DNA of 64,000 nucleotides from Anaerolineae bacterium (GTDB lineage Bacteria; Chloroflexota; Anaerolineae; Aggregatilineales; UBA3940), in contig DAOTXW010000060.1 of NCBI GenBank assembly GCA_034435035.1, positions 1,586 through 65,585 on the forward strand, written 5' to 3'. The notes below the pieces were generated by a model. It saw nothing but the letters and a program-made list of their open reading frames with translations, had not been told where the DNA came from and did no database searches. Each line of letters starts with the position of its first letter. Positions within the stretch are counted from its first letter, which is position 1. The translations under genes and the position numbers were made by a program. Shown one piece after another: positions 8,743 to 18,286 of the stretch.

Positions 8743-10956
8743 GTGCAGCGCCTCTTCAGTCGTTTAGCCTGGAATGAGCTTTCTATTCGCGCCAAGATCG
8801 GCGTGGTGGTGGTGCTGCTGGTGGCGGTGATCATCGTCTTCACGCTGATTGCCATCAGCTCGGTCACTGCGCTGGGCAGCCAGGTGCGGGCGGGCGTCAA
8901 CACCGCGGTCGAGGTCCGATCCGCCTCGCAGGAAGTGCTGGTCTCCATTGAGACGCTGCAGCGGATTCAGGGGCGGGCTGTGGATGACCTGCGCAACCCC
9001 GCGTTCAACCCTGAAACCGTGCCGCTGCGCGATGAATACCAGCGGGAGCTGGCACGCCTGAACGATGACCTGCTGCCGCGCCTGCGCCTGTTGATGCTGG
9101 AGGTCGCCACCGAGGAGCAGGCGGAGGCGCTGGCGGTGGATTTCGGCAACCTGGCGACGGCACTGGCCGAAAGCGAAGCCGCGTTCGAACGCACCTATCA
9201 GATCATCACCCTGCTGGCGGCGCCGGAGACGGGCGAACTGGCCCTGCTGACGGCCAGCGGGGATGACCTGGAAGCGGGCATTGCCAGTCTTTCCTCGCCG
9301 GGCTTTTCCGAGCAAATGACGCTGATCCGCAGCCTGGAAGGCAGCTTCGTGCGGACAGGTTCCACGGAGGACCTGCTGGCGCTGCGTCAGGCCATCGAGG
9401 CATTCCGCACCGACTATGAGACGCGCGTCGGGCGGCCCTTCCAGCTCAGCCAGACCCTGCAGGATATTGATGCCTATGAACAGCAGGTCGATGCTGTGGC
9501 GAATCTCCTGCCCCAGGTTGACCTGTCAAACAGTGCCGCCCTGACCAGCCTGGAACGGACTCGCAGCACAGCCCTGCGGATTGCCGCCATCGCTGCCCAG
9601 CAGGCGGATGATCAGGTCTTCAACATCGAGGCCATCACGACAACGGCCGCCCGCCCGCTGGCGCTGTCGGCGCTCGGCCAGATCCTGTTGATCGGCCTGC
9701 TGATGGGCCTGTTTGCCCGCAGCCTGGTGCGCAGCCTGCAGAATCTGCTGGAGACGTCTCGCCGCTTCGAGCAGGGCAACTTCCGTGCCCGCGCCCGGGT
9801 GGAAGGGGGCGATGAGTTCAGCCAGCTGGGCCGCAGCTTCAATTCGATGGCCTCGCAGCTTGATATGCTGGTGGGCGGCCTGGAGGCCCGCGTCGCGGAG
9901 CGTACTCGCGACCTGAGCATCACGGCGGAGATCGGACGCGCCGTGCTGGCGGCCCGCGATCCTCAGGTGCTGATGCAGGAAGTGGTCGAGCTGATTCGCC
10001 AGCGTTTTGACTTCTATCATGCCCAGGTGTTCCTGGTCGATGAAGAAGGCCGCTACGCCCGCCTCGCGGCCAGCACCGGCGCGGTCGGGCGCGAGCTGCT
10101 GGCCCGCCGCCACGCGCTGGGGGTGGGATCGCAGTCGGTCATCGGGCAGGTCACGGCGACCGGTGAGCCAGTGATTGCGCTGGATACAGACACCAGCGCG
10201 GTGCACCGCCGCAACGAACTGCTGCCCGACACGCGCTCGGAGATGGCGCTGCCCATGCGCATCGGCGATCAGGTCATCGGCGCCCTGGATGTGCAGAGTG
10301 TGGCGCCCAACGCCTTCGACCAGGATACGGTCGCCGTGTTCCAGATCATGGCCGACCAGCTGGCGATCGCGCTGGACAATGCGCGGCTGGCCGACCGGCT
10401 GCGCCAGGCGGTGGCCGATCTGGAGAATGTCGAGCGGCGCGTGACGGCGGAAATGTGGCGGGCCTATCAGCAGGCACGCCAGCCCGCCGGCGTACTGGGA
10501 TACGAGATGCAGGGCGAGGTGCTGCTGCCAAGCACCGGCGAGGCGCCGCCTGAGGCCCTGCAGGAAGCGATCCGCACCGGGCAGTCGGTCGTTCGCGGCA
10601 ACGGTGAGGGGGAATATCAGGTAGCGCTTCCGATCCGGGTGCGCGGCGAGGTGATCGGGGCCTTCGGCTTCGGCGGAGAGACGCTCCGCAGCCTCACGGG
10701 CGACGATGTGGCTCTGCTGGAAGCGGTGATCGACCGGGTGGGCCTGGCTCTGGAGAACATGCGCCTGGTTGAGCAGACCGCCCGCCGCGCGGAATATGAG
10801 CAGATCGTCAATGAGATCACGGCCAAGATCGTGGGTTCGACGGATGTCAATTTCATCCTGCAAACCACGGTGAAGGAGCTGGGGCGTGCCCTGCGCGCTC
10901 CGCAGACCAGCCTCCAGCTCCGCAGTGAGAATAGGGTGGAAGGCGGCCATGAGTAG
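8743..10956 (+). CDS. Membrane sensor with TM, helical extracytoplasmic domain, TM, HAMP and GAF; no output domain (array paralog)
   Basis: GTG start with AGGAGG 7 nt upstream. HAMP-like segment (RSLVRSLQNLLETSRRFEQGNFRARARVEGGDEFSQLGRSFNSMASQL). Array-type GAF (FDFYHAQVFLVDEEGRYARLAASTGAVGRELLARRHALGVGSQSVIGQ..IGALDVQS..MADQLAIALDNARL). Second GAF-like half (LPIRVRGEVIGAFGF..). Confidence 0.85.
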   Translation: MQRLFSRLAWNELSIRAKIGVVVVLLVAVIIVFTLIAISSVTALGSQVRAGVNTAVEVRSASQEVLVSIETLQRIQGRAVDDLRNPAFNPETVPLRDEYQRELARLNDDLLPRLRLLMLEVATEEQAEALAVDFGNLATALAESEAAFERTYQIITLLAAPETGELALLTASGDDLEAGIASLSSPGFSEQMTLIRSLEGSFVRTGSTEDLLALRQAIEAFRTDYETRVGRPFQLSQTLQDIDAYEQQVDAVANLLPQVDLSNSAALTSLERTRSTALRIAAIAAQQADDQVFNIEAITTTAARPLALSALGQILLIGLLMGLFARSLVRSLQNLLETSRRFEQGNFRARARVEGGDEFSQLGRSFNSMASQLDMLVGGLEARVAERTRDLSITAEIGRAVLAARDPQVLMQEVVELIRQRFDFYHAQVFLVDEEGRYARLAASTGAVGRELLARRHALGVGSQSVIGQVTATGEPVIALDTDTSAVHRRNELLPDTRSEMALPMRIGDQVIGALDVQSVAPNAFDQDTVAVFQIMADQLAIALDNARLADRLRQAVADLENVERRVTAEMWRAYQQARQPAGVLGYEMQGEVLLPSTGEAPPEALQEAIRTGQSVVRGNGEGEYQVALPIRVRGEVIGAFGFGGETLRSLTGDDVALLEAVIDRVGLALENMRLVEQTARRAEYEQIVNEITAKIVGSTDVNFILQTTVKELGRALRAPQTSLQLRSENRVEGGHE

Positions 10957-13900
10957 CAGACCCTCCCCGGTATCTCGTTGGTTTGCCCGGCAGCGCCGGC
11001 TGGGCGCGCTGCTGCTGGCGTTGTTCGTGCTGCTGGCGCTGGCGCCGACCGGCGCGCTGACGATCGTGTCAACGGTGCGCGACAACCAGAGTGCACGCGA
11101 ATCGGCCACGGCCCTGCTGAGCGCCTATGCCGATACCGGCGTTCGCGCCCTTGACCAGTGGGTCGTGGATACCCTTAACATCATCCGCTTCCAGCTTCAG
11201 GACAGAGAGGCGCGCCAGCTGATGATCGCGCTGGTAGCAGGCCCGCCGGAAGAATCGGGCCGGACGGCCCTGACCGCGGAGGCGGAGTTCACGCAGGATG
11301 TGCGCGATCTGGTCAACAGCACGGATTTCGATTACCTCGTCCTGCTGGACAGCCGCGGAATCGTGCGCGGCAGCAGCGATGCGCAGCTCCTCGGGCGCGA
11401 TCTCAGCAGCGAGCTGTGGTTCCGGTCGGCCCTCCAGAACCCGGAGGAAGCCCGGCTGTTCGGCCCGCTGCGCGATGGTGTCAGCGGCCAGCAGGGCCTG
11501 TTCTTCGCCGGGGCGCTGTCTTCCCCGGAGGGTGGCGCTCCGCTGGGCGTGCTGGGCGGCCGCGTGGGCTTCAGCCCGCTGGCCACGCTGCTGAGTCAGA
11601 ACCTGCCCGGCGGCGTCCTGGGCGCCACCGGCGATTACTTCCTGGTGCGCGAGGGGCAGCAGTACGTGACGCCGCCCCGCTTCGCGCCCGGCGCCGCGCT
11701 GGCGCTGGATGAGATCCTCCCCACGGCGCTGGCGGGCGTCGATGGCTCCGGCGAGTGGATCGACTACCGCGGTGAGCCGGTGCTGGGTGTTTATCGCTCG
11801 ATCGAACCACTGGGCATGACGCTGATCGTCAAGCAGGACGTGGCCGACGCTCTGGTGGCGACCCGGCAGCGCACGCAGTCTAACCTGGCGCTGGGGGGCG
11901 GCATCGGCCTGATCGCGCTGGTGCTGGGCTTCCTGGCGGCGCGCAGCGTCACCCGCCCGCTCAGCCAGCTGAGCCAGACGGCTGTCGATATCTCGCGCGG
12001 GGACCTGTCCGTGCAGATCCCGGAGTTCGCCATTACCGAACTGGGGCAGGTGGCGCACTCGCTCAATACGATGACCCGCCAGATCAGGAGCCTGCTGGAA
12101 TCCCAGGAAGCGACGATCCGCGCCCGCACGCGGCAGCTCCAGATCACGGCCCAGATCGGCCGCGCCATCGCGGCGGAGACCGATCTCGATCGCCTGCTGA
12201 ATGTAACCATCAACAGCATTTGCGAGCAGCTGGGTTACTATCACGCGCAGGTCTTTCTGATCGATGACCTGCGACAGTACGCTGTCCTGCGGGCCAGTAT
12301 GGGTGAAGCGGGCGCCGCGATGATCGAGCGCAGCCACAAGCTGCCGGTCGGTTCGCGCTCGGTGATCGGCCAGGCGACCTCAATCGGCGAGCCTGTGCTG
12401 GCCAGTGACACCATGCGGGCTGAATACTGGATGCCGAACCCGCTGCTGCCCGATACGCGCTCCGAGCTGGCTGTCCCGATCCGCATCGGCGATCAGGTCA
12501 TCGGGGCGCTGGATGTGCAGTCCGACCGCGTCGACGCCTTCGATGAAGAGACGATCGCAGCCCTCCAGACCGTGGCCGACCAGCTCGCCGTCGCGCTGCG
12601 CAACGCCCAGCTTTTTGACGAAAAGGAGGGCCTGATCTCCGCCTCCGTGCAGCTGACGCAGATGCTCACCCGGGATAACTGGGACTCCTACCTGCGCGGA
12701 CAGCGCTCGCCGCAGGGGGCGCTGGGCTACCGCTACGATCTCAGCAGCGTGCAGCCCGTGACCGGCGAGGGCGAGGGCGACAACGGCTACGGCGTGCGGG
12801 TTCCGATCGCGCTGCGCGGCCAGGTGATCGGCGAGCTGGCCGCCGAGCTGCCGGATGGCGAGGTCCTGGGCGATCAGGAGCGGCAGCTGGTGGGCGAGGT
12901 GCTGGATCGCGTCGCGCTGGCTCTGGAAAACGCCCGCCTGTTTGAGCAGACGCAGCTTTCGCTGCAGGAATCAAACCGCCTCTATCAGGCCAGCCGCCGC
13001 ATCACCGACGCGGACACGGCGGAGATGCTGGCTCAGGAGCTGGTCGAGCTGGCGGCCGTCGAGAACGCGGAGCGTGTGGCGCTCTTCCTGCTGGATGATC
13101 CCGATATGCCCCCCGGCGATCGGTGGGTGACGATGGCGAGCCTGTGGAGCCGTTCTCCTGATGATCCGGTGGCGCGGTTGGCCGTCCGGCTGCGGACCGG
13201 CCAGCCGCCCCTGCTGGGGATCGAGGGCACGCCGCCGGAAGGCCGGCTGGTGCATGACGTGGAAACCGATCCTGAACTGTCGGCGGCGGCCCGCGATAAC
13301 CTCCGCCAGTTGAATGTGCGCTCGGCGGCCACGTTCCCGCTGATTACGGGCCGCCGCACCGTGGGCTGGCTGGTCGTGCACAGCCTCAGCCAGCCGGGAG
13401 CCTTCGGGGAAAGTGTCGTGCGTTTCTACCGCACCCTGGCCGATCAGGCCGCCACGGCCCTGGAAGGGCTGCGTCTCCTGGAGCAGGCCCAGAGCCGCGC
13501 CCGCCGTCTGCAGGCCACTAACGAGGTGTCCCGCGCGGCTTCCTCCATCCTGAACCCCGACATCCTGCTGCCGCTGGTGGTCAGCCAGATCAGCGAGGCC
13601 TTCGGCTACTATCATGTGCAGATCTTCCTGCTGGATGAGATGGGCGAATGGGCGGTCCTGCGGGCCTCCACCGGCGAGGTGGGCAAGCAGCTGCTGGCCC
13701 GCGACCACCGCCTGCAGGTCGGCTCCCAGTCGGTGATCGGGCAGGTCACCAGCACCGGCCAGCCCTTCATCGTCCGCGATACGGATACTGACCCGGTACA
13801 CCGCCGCAACGAACTGCTGCCGCAGACGCGCTCAGAGATGGCCATCCCGCTCAAGACGGGCGACCGGGTGGTGGGGGTGCTGGATGTGCAGAGCACCCAG

Positions 13901-16540
13901 ATCAACGCCTTCGACAGCGAGGCGCAGGCGATCCTCCAGTCGCTGGCCGGCGAGCTGGCGGTCACGATGGAGAACGCGCAGCTCTTCCAGGAGATTCAGG
14001 ACCGTGTGGCCGAGCTGACCACCATCAACCTGGTGTCGCAGGCTGTGTCGCGGGCCAATACCCTGGACGAGGTCTATGAGGCCGTCGGCACGCAGCTGAC
14101 ACGGACGTTCGGCGCGCGCTCCGGCTTTCTGGCTGTGCTGCGGCCCGATCAGGCGATGATCGACGTGCCCATCTTCATCGATCAGGGCATGATCATCACG
14201 GACATCCCGCCCCAGCCGCTGGGGACCGGCCTCACCAGCCACGTCATCCGCACGCGCCAGCCGCTGCTGATCAACGAGAACCTGATGGAGGAGGCAGCCC
14301 GGCTGGGAGCTGTCGTCATCGGCGAGGCCAGCAAGAGCCTGCTGGCAGTCCCGCTGCTGATGGGCGAGGACGTGGTGGGGGCGATCAGCATTCAGGATCA
14401 GGAGCAGGAGCACGCCTACACCGAGGCCCACCTCCGCCAGCTCACCACCCTGGCCGCCTATATCGCGGTCAAGATCCGCAACGCCGAGCTGCTGGAGCAG
14501 GCGCAGACCAGCGCCGGCGAGCTGGGCTTCCTGTTCAATGTCACCCGCGCCGCAGTCGGCGCCAGCGACCTGGATACCTCGCTGATCGGCGTGGCGGACA
14601 TCCTGCGCAGCGAGATCGCCGGCGCTGAGGCGGCGGTGATCTACCTCCTGTCTGAAGATACCCGGCAGCTTGAAGCGCACGCGGCTGCGGGTTACGGCGG
14701 CAGCCTGTCCTACCGCAGTCCGGTGAACCGCGATGAGGGCCTGATCGGCCAGGTGGCCAGGAGCGCCCGCTCGCTGGTGGTGGAAGACACCCGGACCCAT
14801 GAGCTGGGCGCCGATGCCGCTGCGGCTGGCGTCCGTGCCGCTGTGCTGGTGCCGCTGCTCACCCCGGCCGGGCTGATCGGCGTGCTGGTTGTCCAGAGCA
14901 CCCGCCCCGGCGTCTTTGACGAAAATGACCTGCGCTTGCTGGAGACCGCCTCCGGCACGCTGACGGCCATCATCCAGAACGCGCGGCTGCTGGATGAGAT
15001 CAGCCGCGCCAATGAGCAGCTCAAAGAACTGGACCGCCTGAAGACGCAGTTCCTGGCCAACATGAGCCACGAGCTGCGTACCCCCCTGAACTCGATCATC
15101 GGCTTCTCGCGCGTCATGCTCAAGGGGATTGACGGCGAGCTCAACGATATGCAGACGCAGGACCTCTCCACGATCTATAACTCCGGCCAGCATCTGCTCG
15201 GCCTGATCAATAACATCCTGGACCTGTCCAAGATCGAAGCCCGCATGATGGAGATCCAGCCCGAATACATGGAGCTGGGCGAGATCGTGGACAGCGTGCT
15301 GGCCGCTGCCAAGGGCCTGACCAAGGACCAGCCCATCGAGCTGTACCGCGACCTTGAGCCGGGCCTGCCGCAGGTCTGGGGCGACCCGCAGCGCATCCGT
15401 CAGGTGCTGCTCAATCTGGTTTCCAACGCCGCCAAGTTCACCCAGGAAGGCAGCATCACCGTGCGTGCCTTCCGCCGCGACGGCGACCCGGAGACCGGCG
15501 CGGCGCCGTGCGTGCAGGTGGACGTGATCGATACCGGGATCGGCATCCCGGCTGATAAGCTGGACACCATCTTCGAGGCGTTCCAGCAGGTCGATGGCTC
15601 GACCACGCGCCAGTACGAAGGCACCGGGTTGGGCCTGCCGATCTCCAAGAACTTCATCGACCTGCACGGCGGGCAGATGTGGGTCACCAGCCAGGTCGGA
15701 GTCGGCTCGACCTTCAGCTTCACGGTGCCGCTGCACCCGGCGGTGACGGAGGCGTCGGAGACGGTGGCCAGGGCCGAGGGCGATACGCGCCCGCTGGTGC
15801 TGGCCGTTGACGATGAACCGGGCGTGATCGACCTGTACAGCCGCTACCTGGAGAAGGAAGGCTATGCCGTCCTGGGCCTGAGCCATGCCCTCGATCTGGT
15901 GCGGCAGGCGCAGGAGCTGCAGCCGCAGGCGATCCTGCTCGACCTCAACCTGCCGGGCAAGAATGGCTGGCTGGCCATCGCCGACCTCAGGCAGAACCTG
16001 GCGACCCGCGACATCCCGGTCATCGTATGCAGCATCGAAGAAGACCGCGAGCGGGCGGCTCAGGCTGGCGTGGCGGGCTACCTGATCAAGCCGATCATCG
16101 AGGACGACCTGATCGGCGCGCTGCGGCAGGTGTCCATGCCGGCGCCGGTTGCCCACCAGAGCGTGCTGGTGATCGACCCCTATGCCGATCACGCCGAGTA
16201 CATCAGGGCCGCCCTGGAATCGACCGGGCTTTACCGGGTCCGGATCGTCGGGGCCGGGCTGGAGGGGCTGCAGACGCTGCAGGAAGGCCGGCCCGATGCG
16301 CTGGTGCTGGACTTTGACCTGCCGGACATGGATGGCTATGGCCTGCTGGTATCCCTGCGCTCCCAGGCCGAGACCCGCCATCTGCCGGTGGTGGTGCTCA
16401 CCGCCCGCCCGGTCAGTGAGGAAGAGCGGGCGCGGCTGGGCGGCGACGGCGTGGCCTTCCTGAGCAAGCATGACTACGATGCCGTGCGCCTGATCGAGAG
16501 TATGGCGGCCGCGGTCGCCCACCACGGTGACGCTGGCTGA
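10949..16540 (+). CDS. Giant hybrid sensor histidine kinase: TM, Cache-like domain, TM, HAMP, about six GAF-like modules, HisKA, HATPase and two REC domains
   Basis: The ATG at 10949 overlaps the upstream stop (ATGAGTAG), so the ORF-track start at 10886 is probably too far upstream. HAMP (RPLSQLSQTAVDISRGDLSVQIPEF). Two array-type GAF copies (LGYYHAQVFLIDD.., FGYYHVQIFLLDE..). H-box NMSHELRTPLNSI with the His codon at 15068-15070. ATPase G-box GTGLGLPISKNFIDLHGG. REC acceptor regions ..AILLDLNLPGKNG.. and ..ALVLDFDLPDMDG... Confidence 0.9.
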   Translation: MSSRPSPVSRWFARQRRLGALLLALFVLLALAPTGALTIVSTVRDNQSARESATALLSAYADTGVRALDQWVVDTLNIIRFQLQDREARQLMIALVAGPPEESGRTALTAEAEFTQDVRDLVNSTDFDYLVLLDSRGIVRGSSDAQLLGRDLSSELWFRSALQNPEEARLFGPLRDGVSGQQGLFFAGALSSPEGGAPLGVLGGRVGFSPLATLLSQNLPGGVLGATGDYFLVREGQQYVTPPRFAPGAALALDEILPTALAGVDGSGEWIDYRGEPVLGVYRSIEPLGMTLIVKQDVADALVATRQRTQSNLALGGGIGLIALVLGFLAARSVTRPLSQLSQTAVDISRGDLSVQIPEFAITELGQVAHSLNTMTRQIRSLLESQEATIRARTRQLQITAQIGRAIAAETDLDRLLNVTINSICEQLGYYHAQVFLIDDLRQYAVLRASMGEAGAAMIERSHKLPVGSRSVIGQATSIGEPVLASDTMRAEYWMPNPLLPDTRSELAVPIRIGDQVIGALDVQSDRVDAFDEETIAALQTVADQLAVALRNAQLFDEKEGLISASVQLTQMLTRDNWDSYLRGQRSPQGALGYRYDLSSVQPVTGEGEGDNGYGVRVPIALRGQVIGELAAELPDGEVLGDQERQLVGEVLDRVALALENARLFEQTQLSLQESNRLYQASRRITDADTAEMLAQELVELAAVENAERVALFLLDDPDMPPGDRWVTMASLWSRSPDDPVARLAVRLRTGQPPLLGIEGTPPEGRLVHDVETDPELSAAARDNLRQLNVRSAATFPLITGRRTVGWLVVHSLSQPGAFGESVVRFYRTLADQAATALEGLRLLEQAQSRARRLQATNEVSRAASSILNPDILLPLVVSQISEAFGYYHVQIFLLDEMGEWAVLRASTGEVGKQLLARDHRLQVGSQSVIGQVTSTGQPFIVRDTDTDPVHRRNELLPQTRSEMAIPLKTGDRVVGVLDVQSTQINAFDSEAQAILQSLAGELAVTMENAQLFQEIQDRVAELTTINLVSQAVSRANTLDEVYEAVGTQLTRTFGARSGFLAVLRPDQAMIDVPIFIDQGMIITDIPPQPLGTGLTSHVIRTRQPLLINENLMEEAARLGAVVIGEASKSLLAVPLLMGEDVVGAISIQDQEQEHAYTEAHLRQLTTLAAYIAVKIRNAELLEQAQTSAGELGFLFNVTRAAVGASDLDTSLIGVADILRSEIAGAEAAVIYLLSEDTRQLEAHAAAGYGGSLSYRSPVNRDEGLIGQVARSARSLVVEDTRTHELGADAAAAGVRAAVLVPLLTPAGLIGVLVVQSTRPGVFDENDLRLLETASGTLTAIIQNARLLDEISRANEQLKELDRLKTQFLANMSHELRTPLNSIIGFSRVMLKGIDGELNDMQTQDLSTIYNSGQHLLGLINNILDLSKIEARMMEIQPEYMELGEIVDSVLAAAKGLTKDQPIELYRDLEPGLPQVWGDPQRIRQVLLNLVSNAAKFTQEGSITVRAFRRDGDPETGAAPCVQVDVIDTGIGIPADKLDTIFEAFQQVDGSTTRQYEGTGLGLPISKNFIDLHGGQMWVTSQVGVGSTFSFTVPLHPAVTEASETVARAEGDTRPLVLAVDDEPGVIDLYSRYLEKEGYAVLGLSHALDLVRQAQELQPQAILLDLNLPGKNGWLAIADLRQNLATRDIPVIVCSIEEDRERAAQAGVAGYLIKPIIEDDLIGALRQVSMPAPVAHQSVLVIDPYADHAEYIRAALESTGLYRVRIVGAGLEGLQTLQEGRPDALVLDFDLPDMDGYGLLVSLRSQAETRHLPVVVLTARPVSEEERARLGGDGVAFLSKHDYDAVRLIESMAAAVAHHGDAG

Positions 16541-16579
16541 TCGACCGGTCCGAGGCCCGATACCTGAAAGCGATAGTCC

Positions 16580-18244
16580 ATGTCTTCTGTCGATATCCTG
16601 ATCAGCTGCCCGGCCTGCCAGCACAGCATGCCGTTCACCCGCCCGCTGGCCAGCTGCCCGGCCTGCGGGGGAGGCAACCTCGATGCCGCCTACCGGGTGG
16701 CCGAAAGGCTCCCCTGGCCGGAGGCGCTCCGGGATCGCCCGCGCACCATGTGGCGCTACCACGAACTGCTGCCCCTGCGCAGCAGCGCCTCCCGGGTGAC
16801 GCTGGGTGAGGGCGGCACGCCGCTGATCCGCTGCGACAACCTCGGCGCCATGCTGGGGCTGCGCCATCTGTATGTCAAGGATGAGCGTCAGGGGCCTACC
16901 GGCTCGTTCAAGGATCGGCAGGCATCGCTGGCCATTTCGGCGGTGCGCGAGATGGGCATCTCCGAGATGGTCGTCGCCAGCACCGGCAATGTCGCTATCG
17001 CCTATTCGGCCTATGCGGCTCGCGCCGGCATCAAGCTCTGGGTGTTCACCATCTCCAGCGTCCCCGGCGACAAGATGCGCGAGGTGACGCTGTACGGCAC
17101 CGAGCTGATCAAGGTGACCGGCACCTATGACCAGGCCAAGCAGATCGCCGAACGCTTCGCCCAGACCAAGGGCCTGTTCCTCGACCGCGGCATCAAGAGC
17201 ATCGCGGCCAAAGAGAGCATGAAGACTCTGGCCTTCGAGATCGCCGAAGACCTGGCCATGATCTACGGCCCGTCGCCCTCCGGCGCGCCGTGGCGCGCTC
17301 CGCACTGGTACATTCAGGCCGTCAGCGGCGGGCTGGGGCCAGTCGGCGTGATCAAGGGCTTCGCCGAACTGGAGGGGTTGGGCCTCTCACAGGGCACCCC
17401 CCGGCTGGGGCTGATCCAGTCTTCCGGCTGTGATCCGATGGTGCGCGGCTTCCAGGCCGATCAGGAGGAAGCCGCTCCGATCCTGCACCCCAAGACGCGC
17501 ATCGCCACCGTGGCGACCGGCACGCCGGGCGTGGCCTATAAGATCCTGCGGCGGCATGTGCTGGAGTATGGCGGGACGTTCGAATCCGTCAGCGACGAGG
17601 ATGCCTACCGGGCGCTCAAGACGGTGGCGCAGCTGGAAGGCATCTCCGTGGAGCCGGCCACGGCGCTGGCCTTCGCCGGGCTGTTCAAGATGGCCCGCCA
17701 GCGGCTGATCGACCCCGATGAGATCGTCGTCGTCAACTGCTCCGGGCACACCTTCCCGGTCGAGAAGCACATCCTGGGCGATGAACTGGGCCGTGATGTC
17801 GATGTGACCGAGGCTTCGACCGACATCCCGCAGGAGGGCCTGCTCTCCGCCCTCCAGACGGTCGATAAGCGGGTGAGTCGGGTGGTGGTGATCGAAGATG
17901 ACCGCAACGCTTCGATGCTGATGAAGCGCATCCTCCAGGCGCACGGCATCAAGGAAGTGTACCAGGCTTTTGACGGACAGGAGGGCATTGAGGCGGTCGA
18001 GCGCGTCACCCCGGATCTGATCGTGCTCGACCTGATGATGCCGCACGTGGACGGTTTCGGTGTCCTGGACGCCCTCAAGATGGATGAGCGGCTGCGCGAT
18101 GTGCCGGTGGTGGTCGTGACGGCCAAAGACCTCACCGCTGATGAGCGCGCCCGACTCAGCGGGCAGGTACAGTCCCTGCTGCTGAAGGGATCCTTTGTGG
18201 ATGATGACGCGCTCCAGGCGCTGCTGGAACAGAAGCTGAGCTGA
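16580..18244 (+). CDS. Threonine-synthase-like PLP-dependent enzyme fused to a C-terminal response-regulator receiver (REC) domain
   Basis: N-terminal Zn-ribbon-like CPAC..CPAC. ThrC/PALP-type lysine motif GPTGSFKDRQASLAIS. TLGEGGTPLIRC. The C-terminal ~120 aa form a complete REC (VVVIEDD.., ..DLIVLDLMMPHVDG.., ..PVVVVTAKD.., ..LLLKG). Confidence 0.85.
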   Translation: MSSVDILISCPACQHSMPFTRPLASCPACGGGNLDAAYRVAERLPWPEALRDRPRTMWRYHELLPLRSSASRVTLGEGGTPLIRCDNLGAMLGLRHLYVKDERQGPTGSFKDRQASLAISAVREMGISEMVVASTGNVAIAYSAYAARAGIKLWVFTISSVPGDKMREVTLYGTELIKVTGTYDQAKQIAERFAQTKGLFLDRGIKSIAAKESMKTLAFEIAEDLAMIYGPSPSGAPWRAPHWYIQAVSGGLGPVGVIKGFAELEGLGLSQGTPRLGLIQSSGCDPMVRGFQADQEEAAPILHPKTRIATVATGTPGVAYKILRRHVLEYGGTFESVSDEDAYRALKTVAQLEGISVEPATALAFAGLFKMARQRLIDPDEIVVVNCSGHTFPVEKHILGDELGRDVDVTEASTDIPQEGLLSALQTVDKRVSRVVVIEDDRNASMLMKRILQAHGIKEVYQAFDGQEGIEAVERVTPDLIVLDLMMPHVDGFGVLDALKMDERLRDVPVVVVTAKDLTADERARLSGQVQSLLLKGSFVDDDALQALLEQKLS

Positions 18245-18286
18245 TCACCATGACCCTCGCTGGACAGGAGAAATGTTGAGGCGAGC

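Noticed and set aside
1043-11109. Several 300-540-aa minus-strand ORFs (e.g. 1043-2674, 2915-3847, 7675-8706, 9526-11109) opposite the GAF array
   Set aside because: Each mirrors a plus-strand gene with strong domain evidence. They are GC-driven shadow ORFs.
13832-17305. 1,157-aa ORF on the minus strand
   Set aside because: It lies entirely antisense to the well-supported hybrid kinase and ThrC-REC genes. The translation is Arg/Gly/Ala/Pro-rich low-complexity sequence with no motifs, a typical long open frame in GC-rich DNA.
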